A stretch of 63,085 nucleotides of DNA, counting the filler, from Sphacelaria rigidula (Eukaryota): the NCBI GenBank assembly GCA_964200075.2. It is 9 parts of 9 records of this genome, joined end to end, with 100 filler letters (N's around TTAATTAATTAA, not from the genome) between each part and the next. Parts side by side here need not be neighbours in the genome. Positions count along the whole stretch, not along the records: positions 21,065 to 27,985 come from CAXNAA020017394.1; positions 28,086 to 35,005 come from CAXNAA020017395.1; positions 35,106 to 42,025 come from CAXNAA020017396.1; 6 more parts are not named here. One strand, 5' to 3'. How positions within the stretch are numbered: the first letter of the stretch is position 1; each line of letters begins with the position of its first letter. The position numbers were made by a program, and so were the translations under genes. Below, in pieces: positions 23,657 to 36,149 of this stretch. A model generated the notes under the pieces. That model was not told where the DNA came from. It saw only the letters and a list, made by a program, of their open reading frames with translations, and did no database searches.

Positions 23657-25369
23657 GAACGGGGATGAAATTGCTTCGTCTCCTCCCCAACACGCTCATA
23701 CACAGGTGTGGTATTCATCGTTTTGACGATTGATTACGGGCGCACTGCCGCTGTTTTTTGCATGTGAGGCATTGTACGTGACCTTGCCAAAAGCACCGTC
23801 ATCCTCGTGAAGTAACAAAAACGGGTAGATTGCACCCTTCCGGAGCGATTAGTTTCCCATCCCCACGCCCTCTTTTATCCAATAAATGCAGAATCACTTG
23901 AGCAAAATTCTTGTAGCATCCACGCACCAGTCGGTAGCCACACGACTACGCCAGTGGAACATGATGTGACCATGAGCGGTACAGTATCAGTGCCGAGAGT
24001 TGGTGAGAGTTAACAAATCGCTCCGTTCCAAGAAAAAAGCATCGGCCGCGAACTGTAGAAAAATGAAGTCTTTTCACGGCAGCAAGGATCAAACGTGCAA
24101 TCCCTTTTGGCCGCCGGGGTGGACCGCACATGTACAACTAACTCATGATGGGTCTCTTGACAGTTCAAATGAACACGATGCCAATCCAGCAGATGACTAT
24201 CGCTATCCCTAACCCCAACCCCAACCCCTACCCAGCGCATACCGAGAACCCTTGGGCAAGGGCGGTACATGCATTCCTTAGGCAAAGTGCGGCCCTGGTA
24301 AACCCCAAATCGGCGCCCGTGGCGCCCATCTAAACGAAAACGCGTTCTGCGCACGCGAAGAGCACACGAGACTGTTAGCCCCACTAAAATTCCGATTCTC
24401 GTTGTTGACACTCAAAACCAGGTAAGAAAATCAACCGTGAATATTTGTAGCCCAACCCCGGCAAACTCTACTGGACCAGCCGCACGTGTTTTTGCCATTA
24501 TTCCTGGTGCACACATGATTTTTTCCGGCGTATAATAATGACAAGGTGTAATGATGCTGTCGCCCTTGCGGTGAATATCCAAAAAATGCCGCGATCCCCC
24601 GAAAACCCTTCGACAACAACAAACACGGGAAAAAGTATCCAAAACAATCTTCGTTCGCCCTGGCCCTGTATTAGCGACTATAGTAGTAGCTGCCCACGTC
24701 CTTCCAATATTGCAATGGTTGCTCGGCTGATTCATGACGGATTCATTATCCCCCCATTTTTTTCCCCCGGTAGAGCCTGATGATAAGAACATTCTTTATC
24801 TGATCTGATCCGATCCGATCTAGTCATCCATGAAGTGCAAAACTGATCTGAACCGATGCTGTCACTAATTGCGCGAGCCCTAGATCCCGCCATGCTCGAT
24901 CGGCCACATACTGACTTCACCGTCAGCACGGAAAATCCGAGAAAGCACATCTGGGAGAAAATTCTCACCCCATACGAAGTGGTGAACTAATCTCCGGAGG
25001 AATTGCGACGGGAACAACGTCTTTCGGCAATACGATGCCATAGCGGAGACTTTGTAGCTCATTGTCGATGACAGCAGTGACATACCGTGCACTCTACACG
25101 CAGGTTTCCGAATTGTACACAGGTACAGTAAGTGCCACTCCCACCAACACTCCCGTTCTCTGTTGAGGATGAAGGTTAGCGTTATTGTTATCAATAGTTT
25201 GATCGAAAAAATCAAATGTAGACACACGACCAAAACTTGAGGTCGCATCCTCTCATGTCCCCATGTCCTTGACTGTTGTCGTCCCATTCTTTCTGGACGC
25301 CGGGCTAAACCTTTCGGTATGTACGGGCGCACCAATCGGGGTCACACGGGAGGAAGGCCAACACAGGAG

Positions 25370-25635
25370 ATATATATATATATATATAATATTTTTAGTT
25401 CTGCACCTTCCCCTTCCGCGGTGCTTGCTTGCCTTTATTTTATATCGCGGGGGATGTTCACCGGTCCGTTTCCCTCGGCGAACGTAAAGTCGCATTTTGT
25501 ATACCCACGACATAGTCGCTCTCCACTGTTGGGCATGGTGTGAGAAAAACTCCCAGCTCGTGTGACTGCACGGAGATTCGAACCTACGACCCAACCGTCA
25601 GAAGGTTTCGAGGTTACCAACTGAGCCATCGGGGC
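25370..25635 (-). mobile_element. tRNA-derived SINE with (TA)n tail
   Basis: Minus strand begins GCCCCGATGGCTCAGTTGG (A box) and has GGTTCGAATC (B box) ~45 nt later. There is no closing acceptor stem. A ~180-nt body ends in (TA)n. Confidence 0.75.
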
Positions 25636-25663
25636 GATGGCGCCTTTTCCTTGACGCGTTTTT

Positions 25664-25837
25664 ACCACACCCTGGACAAAATGTGGTCAATACTTGCAAT
25701 ACACAATAAACGTACTGCATAAAGTATAGGCCTATTGCAAGTATTGCCGGCCGACAATAGTCGCAATAGGCCTATACTTTATGCAGTACATTTATTGTGT
25801 ATTGCAAGTATTGACCACATTTTGTCCAGGGTGTGGT
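25664..25837. mobile_element. 174-bp near-perfect hairpin MITE
   Basis: ACCACACCCTGGACAAAATGTGGTCAATACTTGCAATACACAATAAA... pairs with ...TTTATTGTGTATTGCAAGTATTGACCACATTTTGTCCAGGGTGTGGT; arms ~75 bp. Confidence 0.88.
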
Positions 25838-26918
25838 TTTCACTATGGAAAAAACACTACATGAAAGTTTTGGAAAAAACGTACGTACTGTATCGCGAAA
25901 GGGCAACCCAAGATGAATTATGATCATCATCATCGTAGCAGCTGAATTCAGATGTTCCTTTCAAGTGTGAGCTGAACCCGACAATATTTCCACATTGAAG
26001 GAATGACTTCGTCAGGACACGTCGGTTGAATTGCTGAGAGGCTCATCATCTCGGTGTTTTGCACTGATTGAAAAACGGAAACGCTCACGTCATCATTCAA
26101 GGCTGACTGTCGGGAAGTCCGACGCGCTCGTCACGAGAAGCTGCTACAATGTAGTCATACGTACGTCTCAAGTAAATATCCGCATGCCCACCGTCATTAG
26201 ATACGCATACGAGTAAAAAAATCGATGGTCTGGGGTCAGGATTTTGATCCCCAGAGTAATTTCTTCATTATTACTTGAGAGACAATATCCTGTTGTTGTT
26301 GTTGTCTTTACATTAAAAACCGTTCCGATATCTGCGTGGTACATTCGCAATGGGCATCTGATGCGGACGCCTTCCGTGGTCACAGGCTAGTAAAAACGTG
26401 GATATATGTATATATATCTGCGTCCTTTTATCGCATTGATACAATATATATACAGTATATAATAATAATTGGGGGGGGTCAGTTGAAGTGCGACAATCAA
26501 TCAATCAATCAAAATGAAATTTGATTTTTACCCCCAACACGATCACCAACCTACGTGCTATACTCTTCTGCTTCTTGACGCTTCCAGGGTACAAGCGGTC
26601 GATCATCATGCAATCCAATAAAAAGGAACGTCATCATCCTGACGAAATCTACATCCAAAGATTGTTTCCTGTATCGACAGTTTACGCGGGAACTAAGCAC
26701 AGCCAGTGGAGGGCTTAGGTGTGTGTGTGAACAAAACCCGAGACGTAACTTCCGGCAAGAAAATAGAAAATATAACCGCACAACACTGTTGCACGCAGCG
26801 AACGGCGGCAAAACATGTATCATTTCTCGTCTTGCATCCTCGAGCGAACCAACCAATCCGACTCTTCTCACTGTACCGACCGGGTGTACGTGTGACTACT
26901 CTCTTGTGCGCTTACCAA

Positions 26919-27163
26919 CCCCGATTGGAACCGTTGACGGAAAAGTGACGATTTTACAATTGACGTATTTTTGGGCAAGGTATGGCTGTACTTCTGCAAC
27001 TGTTCATGACACAGCCCACCAAAACGGTGCAGCACTCTCACTTCAAGTATACGAATGTGACAGATTTGTGCACCAAACTCTAAGCGACGTTTTCCAGGTG
27101 ACGAAAACTCGCATATGGGAGTCTGCAAATCGTCACTTTTCCATCAACGGTTCCAAAAGAGTT
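26919..27163. mobile_element. MITE with ~30-bp terminal inverted repeats
   Basis: TTGGAACCGTTGACGGAAAAGTGACGATTT versus AAATCGTCACTTTTCCATCAACGGTTCCAA (1 mismatch). The termini resemble the element at 37072. Confidence 0.7.
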
Positions 27164-27815
27164 GAAAAAAAGAAAAAAGAAACCTGACGCCGTTCCTGGG
27201 AGGCCTATTTCCGGTCCTCTAGGCATCGTTCCACGAGGATCATTTCCCCACGATCGACCAAGAAACTTCCCATCAATGGCCGCCTGGTCTCCACGCGAGA
27301 GACTTGAGTTTTCTTCTTCTTCTTATATCCATCGCATTAGCTCGATCTCTCGAACCCGTGGTCACAGAGTGCAAGGGGAATACCACCAATATACCCACAA
27401 CCCAAACAGTCCGCAGAAGAAGGCAAGAAACAAAAACATCTACACGAAAAACTAGAACAATAAATCTCAAGCTGTGCTTGCTTTATCGCACCACATCCCC
27501 GAACTTATACCATGCTACAACGTGAGTAACAGCACTGCCCTCGCAGTAGCCAGTCTGTCCGTGCAAGCAGAAAGCCAATGTTCTCATTTGATGTCGACAG
27601 AAGGATTCAATTTCCACACATGTCATACGCATGCATACTGCACTGTTGAAACGTCCCCTTTTCCCAACAACCAACAAGTTTTTTCATCAGGTGATAATAC
27701 AGTGGAGAGAAGATATATGTATATATGTATATATATATATATACTGAACGCGGTTCCTTCAAAGACAAATAATTTGGTATGCGAAGAACCCCTCCATCCA
27801 CCTCCATCCCTCCCC

Positions 27816-27985
27816 ACTGCTCCGTCTCGAAAGGGATAAGTGGTCGATGGTCGAACGACTATTATAGGACAAGCAACAAAAGAGAACCTCCCCCCCACCC
27901 TCTACGCCAGAATGTTGAAGGTGTCTCTGCTAGGAGGAGGAACGGTGCTCCGTCGCGAAAGGGAAGCGTGATCAACGGGCAAACG
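27816..27985 (+). mobile_element. Two head-to-tail LINE 3'-end fragments
   Basis: Terminal motif + C tail to ~27900, followed directly by a longer fragment (GAATGTTGAAGGTGTCTCT...GCTCCGTCGCGAAAGGGAAGCGTG) cut by the spacer. Confidence 0.8.
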
Positions 27986-28085
27986 NNNNNNNNNNNNNNN
28001 NNNNNNNNNNNNNNNNNNNNNNNNNNNNNTTAATTAATTAANNNNNNNNNNNNNNNNNNNNNNNNNNNNNNNNNNNNNNNNNNNN

Positions 28086-29249
28086 TCTTTCCCGGCTTAC
28101 CTTTCCGGTGTGGACCGTTAGGTTTGCCGGGATGCCCCTTGACAGCAAGGGCCTGGTCGCCCGGGGAAGCCTTCTTCCCCTTGGCGAGTTCCTGCTTGAA
28201 AGTGCCGATTCGAAACGATTCCGAACCGACGTCACTACGACTTCCCTCGTGAATTGACCTTCGCGCTCCTCCAACGCCTGTTTTTATTAGTTATACTCGC
28301 AAGGAAGCGCATTGACAAATTTGAGGAGGGTTTGCGCCTCCGTCAGGACGATGTTGCTGTCGTGTGACTGTAACTCTCTCGCCACCCCTTTCATCTCGAT
28401 TAGTTCTTGAACTGGATCATCGCGAACTCCAATCTTCACGTGATCATACTTTTCTAGAAGAGCTAATCTAGCTCCGTTGGTCTTGGGACTGTAGAAATCA
28501 CTCAACTCACACCACACGGCTGCCGGAGATGGGATTCGGAACAAAACGTCCCGGTCCCGCTTATGTTCGAGACTTGCCACCAACATTTGCCTCGCTCTCA
28601 CGTTTGCAGCTACCATGCCCTTTCCGTGCCTTGCTTCAAGAAAATTCAAGGATAACGCCTTGTTTCCCTCCTCCACATCGTATGCCTTATTTTCTGACAT
28701 AGTGAATACCCAATCAACTGCTTCACTTCTTGCAAACATGATCAGTTCGTGACTGTAGTGGTTGAACTTTGAACTCTTTCCAGAGAATTTAGGTACAGCT
28801 GCCTTGAAAACCGGGACCCAGCAAATATTTGGGACACTCGGTCGATCATGACCGAACACTGCGACTGACTCACTTGCGGGGTCTGCACCCCTTGCTCCGT
28901 CGCTTGTCGTCCTGTGGTCGCTCCTGCTCGGAGCTCCCAGCTCACCCTCTTGGCCCCGTCTTCGGCCTTGAGGTGTGCTGTGGTTGGCTGCGCTATCAGC
29001 CTGGTGTTGTTGTGTTGCTTGATCTTCTTCGCTCTCGACGACGCCACTCCACCTCGCGCCTCCGGATTCTCGATCTTCGATGCCATCTACCCTACCCTGT
29101 ATTACAGTTTGTGTAGATTGTACATCTCTAACCATCTCTGTCAGTGTGCTAAACTGACCACTGAACAGACTCATCATACTTTCAAGTTGATTCGTCAGCC
29201 CGTCTAACCTTTCTTCTGAAGACGGAGCGTTACCATCGTTCCTAGCCAT
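28086..29249 (-). mobile_element. Copia-type gag (UBN2-like), truncated by contig edge; possible 5' LTR at ~29318-29625
   Basis: 320-aa ORF: N-terminal coiled coil, VPKFSGKSSKFNHY, PAAVWCELSDFY, DDPVQELIEM, LLKFVNALPCEY. A TATTG (TGTTG-like) boundary lies ~70 bp upstream of the ATG. Confidence 0.7.
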
Positions 29250-30473
29250 ACTTGCCCAATCGATTGATCACTAGTGTATTCCTTGGCTCAGGCACAGGGT
29301 AATGGTTTCAGATCCCTTATTGAAGAGCACCCAAGTTCTACTCTAACTTTGGAGAGTGCTGAAGTGATGGAGGTAGATGAAAATGAGAAAGAATAAGGGA
29401 GGCGGACTGCCCCGTGCTCTCAACTGTACTGTACCACATTTGCACACACTTGACTGTCGGTACTCGTGCGTCACCCCGACCCCCGGTTCTACGTAGATCC
29501 AGCATTACTGGGTATATGAATCACTCGAACACTCGGGAGTTGCTCATGTCTCAGAAGTAGTCAGCGAACTTGATATGTAGCCGCATGTCTCTGTAAGCGC
29601 TTGGGGGGTCTAAACCCAATCAATCGCCGCTGTGTTGACACACTGCAATTTTACGTTGTTCGTGCTATTCGCTGTTGTGTACAGTCAGTACTGTTGCCTG
29701 TTCGCCGGTCAGCTAATTATCGACTACATAGATAGGGATAAGATCCACTTTTATAGTGAAATACATTTTCGCGCGATGCGCAACTATGGCCCAGCGTTTG
29801 AAAACCGCCACTCGGCCAAGATCGAGCCCATCCGAAATCAGGGAAAGAAGTATCGCATGGGACACGTCCTGTATCACTGTGCTGCACCACAAACACACTC
29901 ATGCGCTGTTTCTTGTGCTGTAGCTGTCGCTACGCTGTGGTGTCTCCAGGCCTTTTTGGAGACGGTTTGGTCTCCGCTGGGACTGACTGCCTGAGTTACT
30001 TTATCACTGTCATGGCGTTCGTCTCTTAGAAAAATAATGCTGTCGACACGCAGTACTCTCTAGACGCAGTTGGCACCTTCATGGTGTGTTGGCGATTTCG
30101 TCTCGAGTCGAACGAACACGGCCCTTCCCAAACCCATAATTTGTGTGCTGCAGTTGTCGCTGTGCTGTTGTGCATCTAAACACTCTACGACGATCACGGT
30201 GCGATATGCGCTGGAGAGTGCCTAAACAGTTGTAGTGCTGCATGCTGTGTTTCGGTCTGCACGGAATTGGGGTGTTTGTTGGAATAATTCGTGGTCGTAC
30301 CACTGTCCTTACGACAGGCCAACAACTGTTCAGCGAACAGTAGCAGTAGTATGTAGAGGTTGCACCGTTGTTGATTAGGCCACTTGCTTCCGTAGCTTCA
30401 GAGTAAATCAGTGAGGCAAATGGTTGATTGGGCGCTCTATTTGGCCAAGAAAAGCAGAACTCGCAGTTTCCTA

Positions 30474-30579
30474 TTAACCCTTTGACAGCGAGAGTAGGAC
30501 ATCCCTTGAATCGGCATCAATTTCACTTGAAAAAAGCATGCATGATCCAGAAAGACTAACCTCGCGGTCTAAGGGTTAA
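30474..30579. mobile_element. 98-bp piggyBac-like MITE with TTAA duplication inside the 3' LTR
   Basis: TTAA|CCCTTTGACAGCGAG...CTCGCGGTCTAAGGG|TTAA. Absent from the homologous position in the 5' LTR (~34940). Confidence 0.88.
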
Positions 30580-32475
30580 AACGGAGAACTGATGGTAGTG
30601 AAGGAGAGTGACTGTAGAGGGCGGTGAGGACCACCGACTACGATTGCTCAATCCTTGGAACAAAAAACAAAGCTCCATACGTACGTAGACTAAAACGCGT
30701 CCTTGACTCTGACGTGTTTGATTGCCAGCTCACAGACTGGATTCTTACTCAAGCTACAGCACTCTCAAACATTGGCAGCACACTGCCTCAATCTACAAGC
30801 TTACGTGGCAATTCTGACAGGATGTTAAACTCAAGTATCCACATGAAGCACAGTACTTGAACCCTCGGTCAATATTGGGTGGCTCCTAGTTGAACCAGAG
30901 CATATTGTCCCGCAAAATCTGCAACAGAGTAAAAACTCACACACAAAAGATAACAGCTAGATTTCTGGCTGCATGAATTTCCAACACACCCCCTTGAGTT
31001 GTACATGGATAGCAAATCAAATTTCAATCGAAGTGTAAACTAGACGAATGAACTAAGAGTGCTACAAAGAATAGCTACAAGGTACGCTGAACTGATGGGT
31101 AAAATTCTGCTCAAATCAAACAAAAAAATCAACCAAGATACCCTGAGCTGATATGTAAAAATCAGTCTGTTTATTTTGCGTACAGGAGTATACGCTTTCT
31201 TGAAGAAATGTTGTCACTCTTGGAATTTTCATCCCGAGACATATGTACTCGGGCTATTTGCATGGCATCGAAATTTCAGTGCCTGTTATAAATTAAAAGC
31301 TTTCCCCGCAACATACAGCACTTTACATGGCATGCAAATATCAAAGCACATGTACTCTGGTACTCAACAACCTTAAATCCAGGGATAGTACTCATGTTGT
31401 GAACAGTGCGCACTCATGACTCAAAAATTGATAGATCTAAATCTCTGTCTTACGTAAACAGTCTCGTAGGGAGCGGTGTCAACTGCGTATCCTACTGTAG
31501 TTGATGCTCGGCTCAAAGCATATTGCCCTGGTGCGCAAACATAAGCTTCTGTACACAGGTTGGTAAACGAATCAAGTACATACGATGTACTGTACTCATG
31601 ACACACAGTTTTCAAACAAATCAAGATCCAGCACGCAGTCCTATGATTCCATACTGTACGCAAGTTAATACATATTTCCTATACGCAAGTCAGTACAGAC
31701 ATATAATGTACGAATCAAGTGCGTACCGTGTTTTATTGCCCTGCTACCGATCGACCATTTCGTTTTCTGGCTAACAATGTGTGGTGTTGTAGTGGCGTTC
31801 GTTGATCTTGTTCGGTCCGTTCTGGACGGTGTCGTAGTATAGCTGCTCCCCTTATTCCGTGCCCTCACTCGGTCGTAGTTGTTGCACTATGTGTAGTACT
31901 GGTGTAAAATCCTGAGAGGTGAAGCGCGGCGACCTAAGCGCACGAAGTGTTCCGTTTCATTCGATGCGACTATGCTGTAGTATACCCTGTGCTCCGACGT
32001 GAGTGATGTTTCTGGTGATGATGCTGAAGTGCGCTGAAGTCGTGTCTCTGGATACTAGCTTCTTGATAGTGGATGCTATTCTCGGGCTTGTTGGAGTCGC
32101 TTGGGATGGTTGCTTCTTGAAAAAGCAGGTGGTTTTCGTTGTGATCGTGTTGGCTGGTTGGGATTTTCTGTACCGCGCATTTTCCATGCGATGTCTTTTG
32201 GAGATTGAATTGTCCCGCTTTTTTATGTGTGCAGGTAGGGTATCTAGCACCTGCTGGAGTACTGATGATGAGTCTGCTTTCTTGATGCCAAGTTTTTCTC
32301 TGGCATACTCCGTTGTTATATCTAAAACGCCTAAACTGCCCTGGTGTCGTACCTTGGGCTGCTCGTGCTGCTGTGGCTGATATTTTTGTGGCTGGTGCTG
32401 GTGATGATGATGATAACGATGACGGTGACGAGAAGGATGATCGCGATTCTTCTGCGGTGAAGTTGTCGATCTTCT

Positions 32476-34604
32476 TCAACTTCTGTTGTAATCTCCTCGT
32501 CTGTTGAAGTCGACACGTTTGTTCTTCTCGTTATTTTTCGGCTTTTCTCCCCTCGTTATGTTGTATGCAGATGTAGGGTTGACCCATGAAGATCTATTAT
32601 TTTCACTGTAGTTTTTACCCCTTCTCGTTTTTCTCGTTGAATCGTACGGCCTTGTCACTGTTCTACCGGAAGATATCGGAGATGGTTCGGCAATCTTGAC
32701 TGCTCCTGTCGATTTGATGTCCGGGGGACGTACTACTGCTGATAAAACTGTGCCAATCCCCATGAATTCCCCGGACACTACTTTAGTCGTAAATGCTGAC
32801 TCGGTGTTAGGTTGGACATTTCTTGAGTCCCGAACAATCTTTATGTTGATGAAGTAGAGCGTACCGTTGTTTTTGTCGGCGGGTATTGGAATCTTGAATT
32901 TTCCAAGGTCGACGTGAGAGTCGACGGAGAACACGGTTGAAGCTCCTTTCGTGAGTGCTTCAACTGGTGAAAAAAAGTGCCTGCCTAGACCCGGAACAAT
33001 AATAGCCGGAAGATGCACGGAGTGTTGATTACCCTGCTGATCACAGACGATGGAGTGGAGTACTCCTTTGCCTGTTCCGCTAAGTAGATGACGACCTGCT
33101 GTTAAAATTCTCATGGGAGGATCGAGTTTTACATAACCAAACATCTCCTCTTCAATATTGGGTAGCAGGTTACCGTCGATGTGGTGATGACTGGCCCCGG
33201 AGTCGCATACCATTTTGAATGACATCGAGACCGGTAGCCGAGTGTTGTCCTTGTCTGCAGGATCAGCAAAAAAGCTAAAGCCTATGCCGCTTGATGGCGA
33301 GCTTGTGTCAGTCGCTGTTGGTGCTGCCGATCCGCTAGTCTCTTGAACTTGGATGTTGGATGGTGCTGTCGTCGATGCAGAATCCACTGTGACGGTGTTT
33401 GCTTGGCGTTGATGTTCGTCGATGTTGTTGTTGTCTCTATTATTGTTGCAGTTTCTGTCGTTGTTATCCTTCCTGTCGTTGTTCTTGAATGTTCTACCAT
33501 TACCGATTTGATTCTTACATTCTGAGGTGTCATGTTTATCTGTACAATGCAGACTGCACCATTTGACAGACCTTCTCCTGCTGTTGGACTGTCTTTCAGA
33601 ACGACAGTTACGCGAAAAGTGTCCTGGTCTACCGCAGGAGTAACATTTTGCGGCGAATCTTGAAGGTGTTGTAGATGAATCGAGCGGCGATGCCGCTATC
33701 ATGGCAGAATCACGACCGCGTACTCCCTTCGACAAAATTCCGCGTGCGACGCGATTGGAATACATATTCCTCATTGTTACTTCGATATCGGCGATGCTGA
33801 AGTCTGGGTCACGCTCCGCATCATACTTTATCCTGTCGTATTCATCTGTTAAGCCACCAACCGTAAATCTATAATCTGAAATGGGCTCACCCATGAACAC
33901 CAGCTGATCACGTAGTTCATAGATCTTGGTCAAAAACACGTCAGGATCTTGGCCAGGTGACATCTTGATGTTATCTAGCTGACGCATAAGAATACGCCGA
34001 CGTTGCTGTGAAGAGTTATCGTATTTACCGACCAGTGCCTCCCATGCAATTTTGTCATCCGGTCTTGCGTGGCCCGTCGGCTTGAAACGAAGAAGAAACT
34101 ACCCGCTGGGCCTGCAGTTGTCAAGTATAGTATATTGAACAACTGTTCGTTGCAGCGATCCCAATCATCAACTTCAGATCTGTTCACCACAACTCTCACA
34201 TGTGTATCCTCCCGAGAGAAGTCCACTCCGCTGCCAGCCAGCGGGTCCCCACCTGAAACACTTGTTTCGGCTGCCTCTTCAGATGAAGACGGCGCGGTTC
34301 CTTGGGAACGGGTGTGTGGCGAAGTTCATCTTGACCTGTGTCGTGCAACTGGAACTGATTGGGCACCTTGAGTGTGCTCCACGTCATCAAAAGTTTCCGC
34401 GGGACGTTTACTTCCATTCATTATATCCCAAATCCCAGGATGTGTGAGGGAAATCATTGCGCGCGTGCTGCGCTTCCATTCGAGGAAATTTGTTCCGTCC
34501 AATTTCCTGATGCTCCTGATAAGCTGTGCAACAGATGGCTCTCCTTGATTATTCATCTTGTTACAGTATGTGTGAGAATTCATCACACCTAAAACCTTGA
34601 TCAA
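32476..34604 (-). pseudogene. gag-protease polyprotein of copy A (frameshifted in the 5' part)
   Basis: IRKLDGTNFLEW, GQDPDVFL, CYSCGRPGHFSRNC knuckle, WCSLHCTDKHDTSEC, protease CDSGASHH...VPGLGRHFFS, then a non-pol tail. Confidence 0.88.
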
Positions 34605-36149
34605 ATAAGAATTATGAAGATAGGACTCTTCTCACTTTTTAGCTGCCGTGACGACCTTGATGGGAAGTCCCCTTGGAGGTGCTGACCGACGTAGTCTCGA
34701 AGCGAAGGCTGATGGCCTGAAGACCTACGCGGTAGCGAATCGAGGCTCATAACCTGTTGGAATAATTCGTGTTCGTAGCACTGCCCTTACAACAGGTCAA
34801 CTACCGTTCAGCGAACAGTAGTACACAGAGGTTGCACCCTGATCGTGAAATCAGTTGCGTCTGCAGCTCAGAATAAATCAGTGAGACAAATGGTTGATTG
34901 GGCGCTTATTTGGCCAAGAAACGCAGAACTCGCAGTTTCCTCTCAAAGCGGAGAACTGATGGTAGTGAAGGAGAGTGACTGTAGAAGGTCGTGAGGACCA
35001 CCGACNNNNNNNNNNNNNNNNNNNNNNNNNNNNNNNNNNNNNNNNNNNNTTAATTAATTAANNNNNNNNNNNNNNNNNNNNNNNNNNNNNNNNNNNNNNN
35101 NNNNNATGACCGTCTCCGATTGACGCCGCGGATGATGAATTCTAATCTCAGTACAATGCCTTCATAACATTGAAAAGGAACAACACTGAGTAAGAACGAG
35201 CAGGTCACGAACGCCTCCAATACCAAATCCGCAAGAAACCCAATTTTAGATGCTGAACAAACTAAACAACAATCGTACTCCACAGCAGCAGCTCACAGCA
35301 GGGCAATAACACTCAACAATTTCTTTTATAGTGGGGCAGGATACCGCAAACGTAGGCGGCGATGAGTTCTCTGCTCGACATTACCGGGAATGATCAAGTA
35401 AATGGTTTTTTCTTCAAGCAGCTCTTTGAGGCAATTTCTCGAAGAATGTAAATAATGTTAATGCTGCGGCGTCATGGACAACAGGCCATCAGCTGAGTGT
35501 ACACACGCAATCCTGCCATGTGTGTGTGCGATTACGTAGCCACAACTGTCCACATCCGCCGCAGCCTATGCGCGGGAAAACAGTGTACCGGGGTAGGTGA
35601 CATATTCATGGATACTGCGGTACTCTGAGTACTGTACGACACACGGCCGTATACAGTTGTGGACCCGATTTTATACCGGGCAGTGAACCCCGAAAAATAG
35701 CGGCATTATATTAACTTGGCACACGATCGCTTTTATACCAACTCGGTATAGAAAAAGGGGTCCGTCCGCTTTTGCATCCATTCGGCACAGGATTAGACAA
35801 ATTAGCCAAGCACGAGAAGAAACACCCGGTGAACGTGAAACCGAGTGGTTCTGGGAGACGTTGAGTTCCTATTCAAGCTCGGATGGGTGACGATTGTCTC
35901 AAAATTTGTTATGCAGAGATAAATGAAAACGTTTGTGTAGCTCAAGCAATTTACCTTCCTGTACTCTACATCTACAGTACGGCAGTCTCATCCGCGATAT
36001 CTATCCGCTGTTGATGCACAGTTGCTCCTGTGACAGCGCCTCGCGATCCAGTCACAAGAAACACCGGTTGGTTCTTCTCGCCAAGATTAAGATTGCGTGC
36101 CGAAGCCTAAGGCCGCGCCTCATAATAGACAACAATAAACATCTGGAAA

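Larger units (their letters stand above)
30277..35005 (-). mobile_element. Copia-type LTR element lacking integrase/RT/RNaseH (gag + protease only), copy A
   Basis: 3' LTR 30277-30986 (TGTTGGAA...TTCCAACA). 5' LTR from 34755 to the contig edge, visibly homologous. PBS GGTTATGAGCC next to the 5' LTR; PPT AAGGGGGTG at 30987-30995. Internal region ~3.77 kb. Confidence 0.9.

Noticed and set aside
25560..25635. Functional tRNA gene
   Set aside because: A and B boxes are present, but I see no closing acceptor stem or clear anticodon arm, and it continues into a body and (TA)n tail like a SINE.
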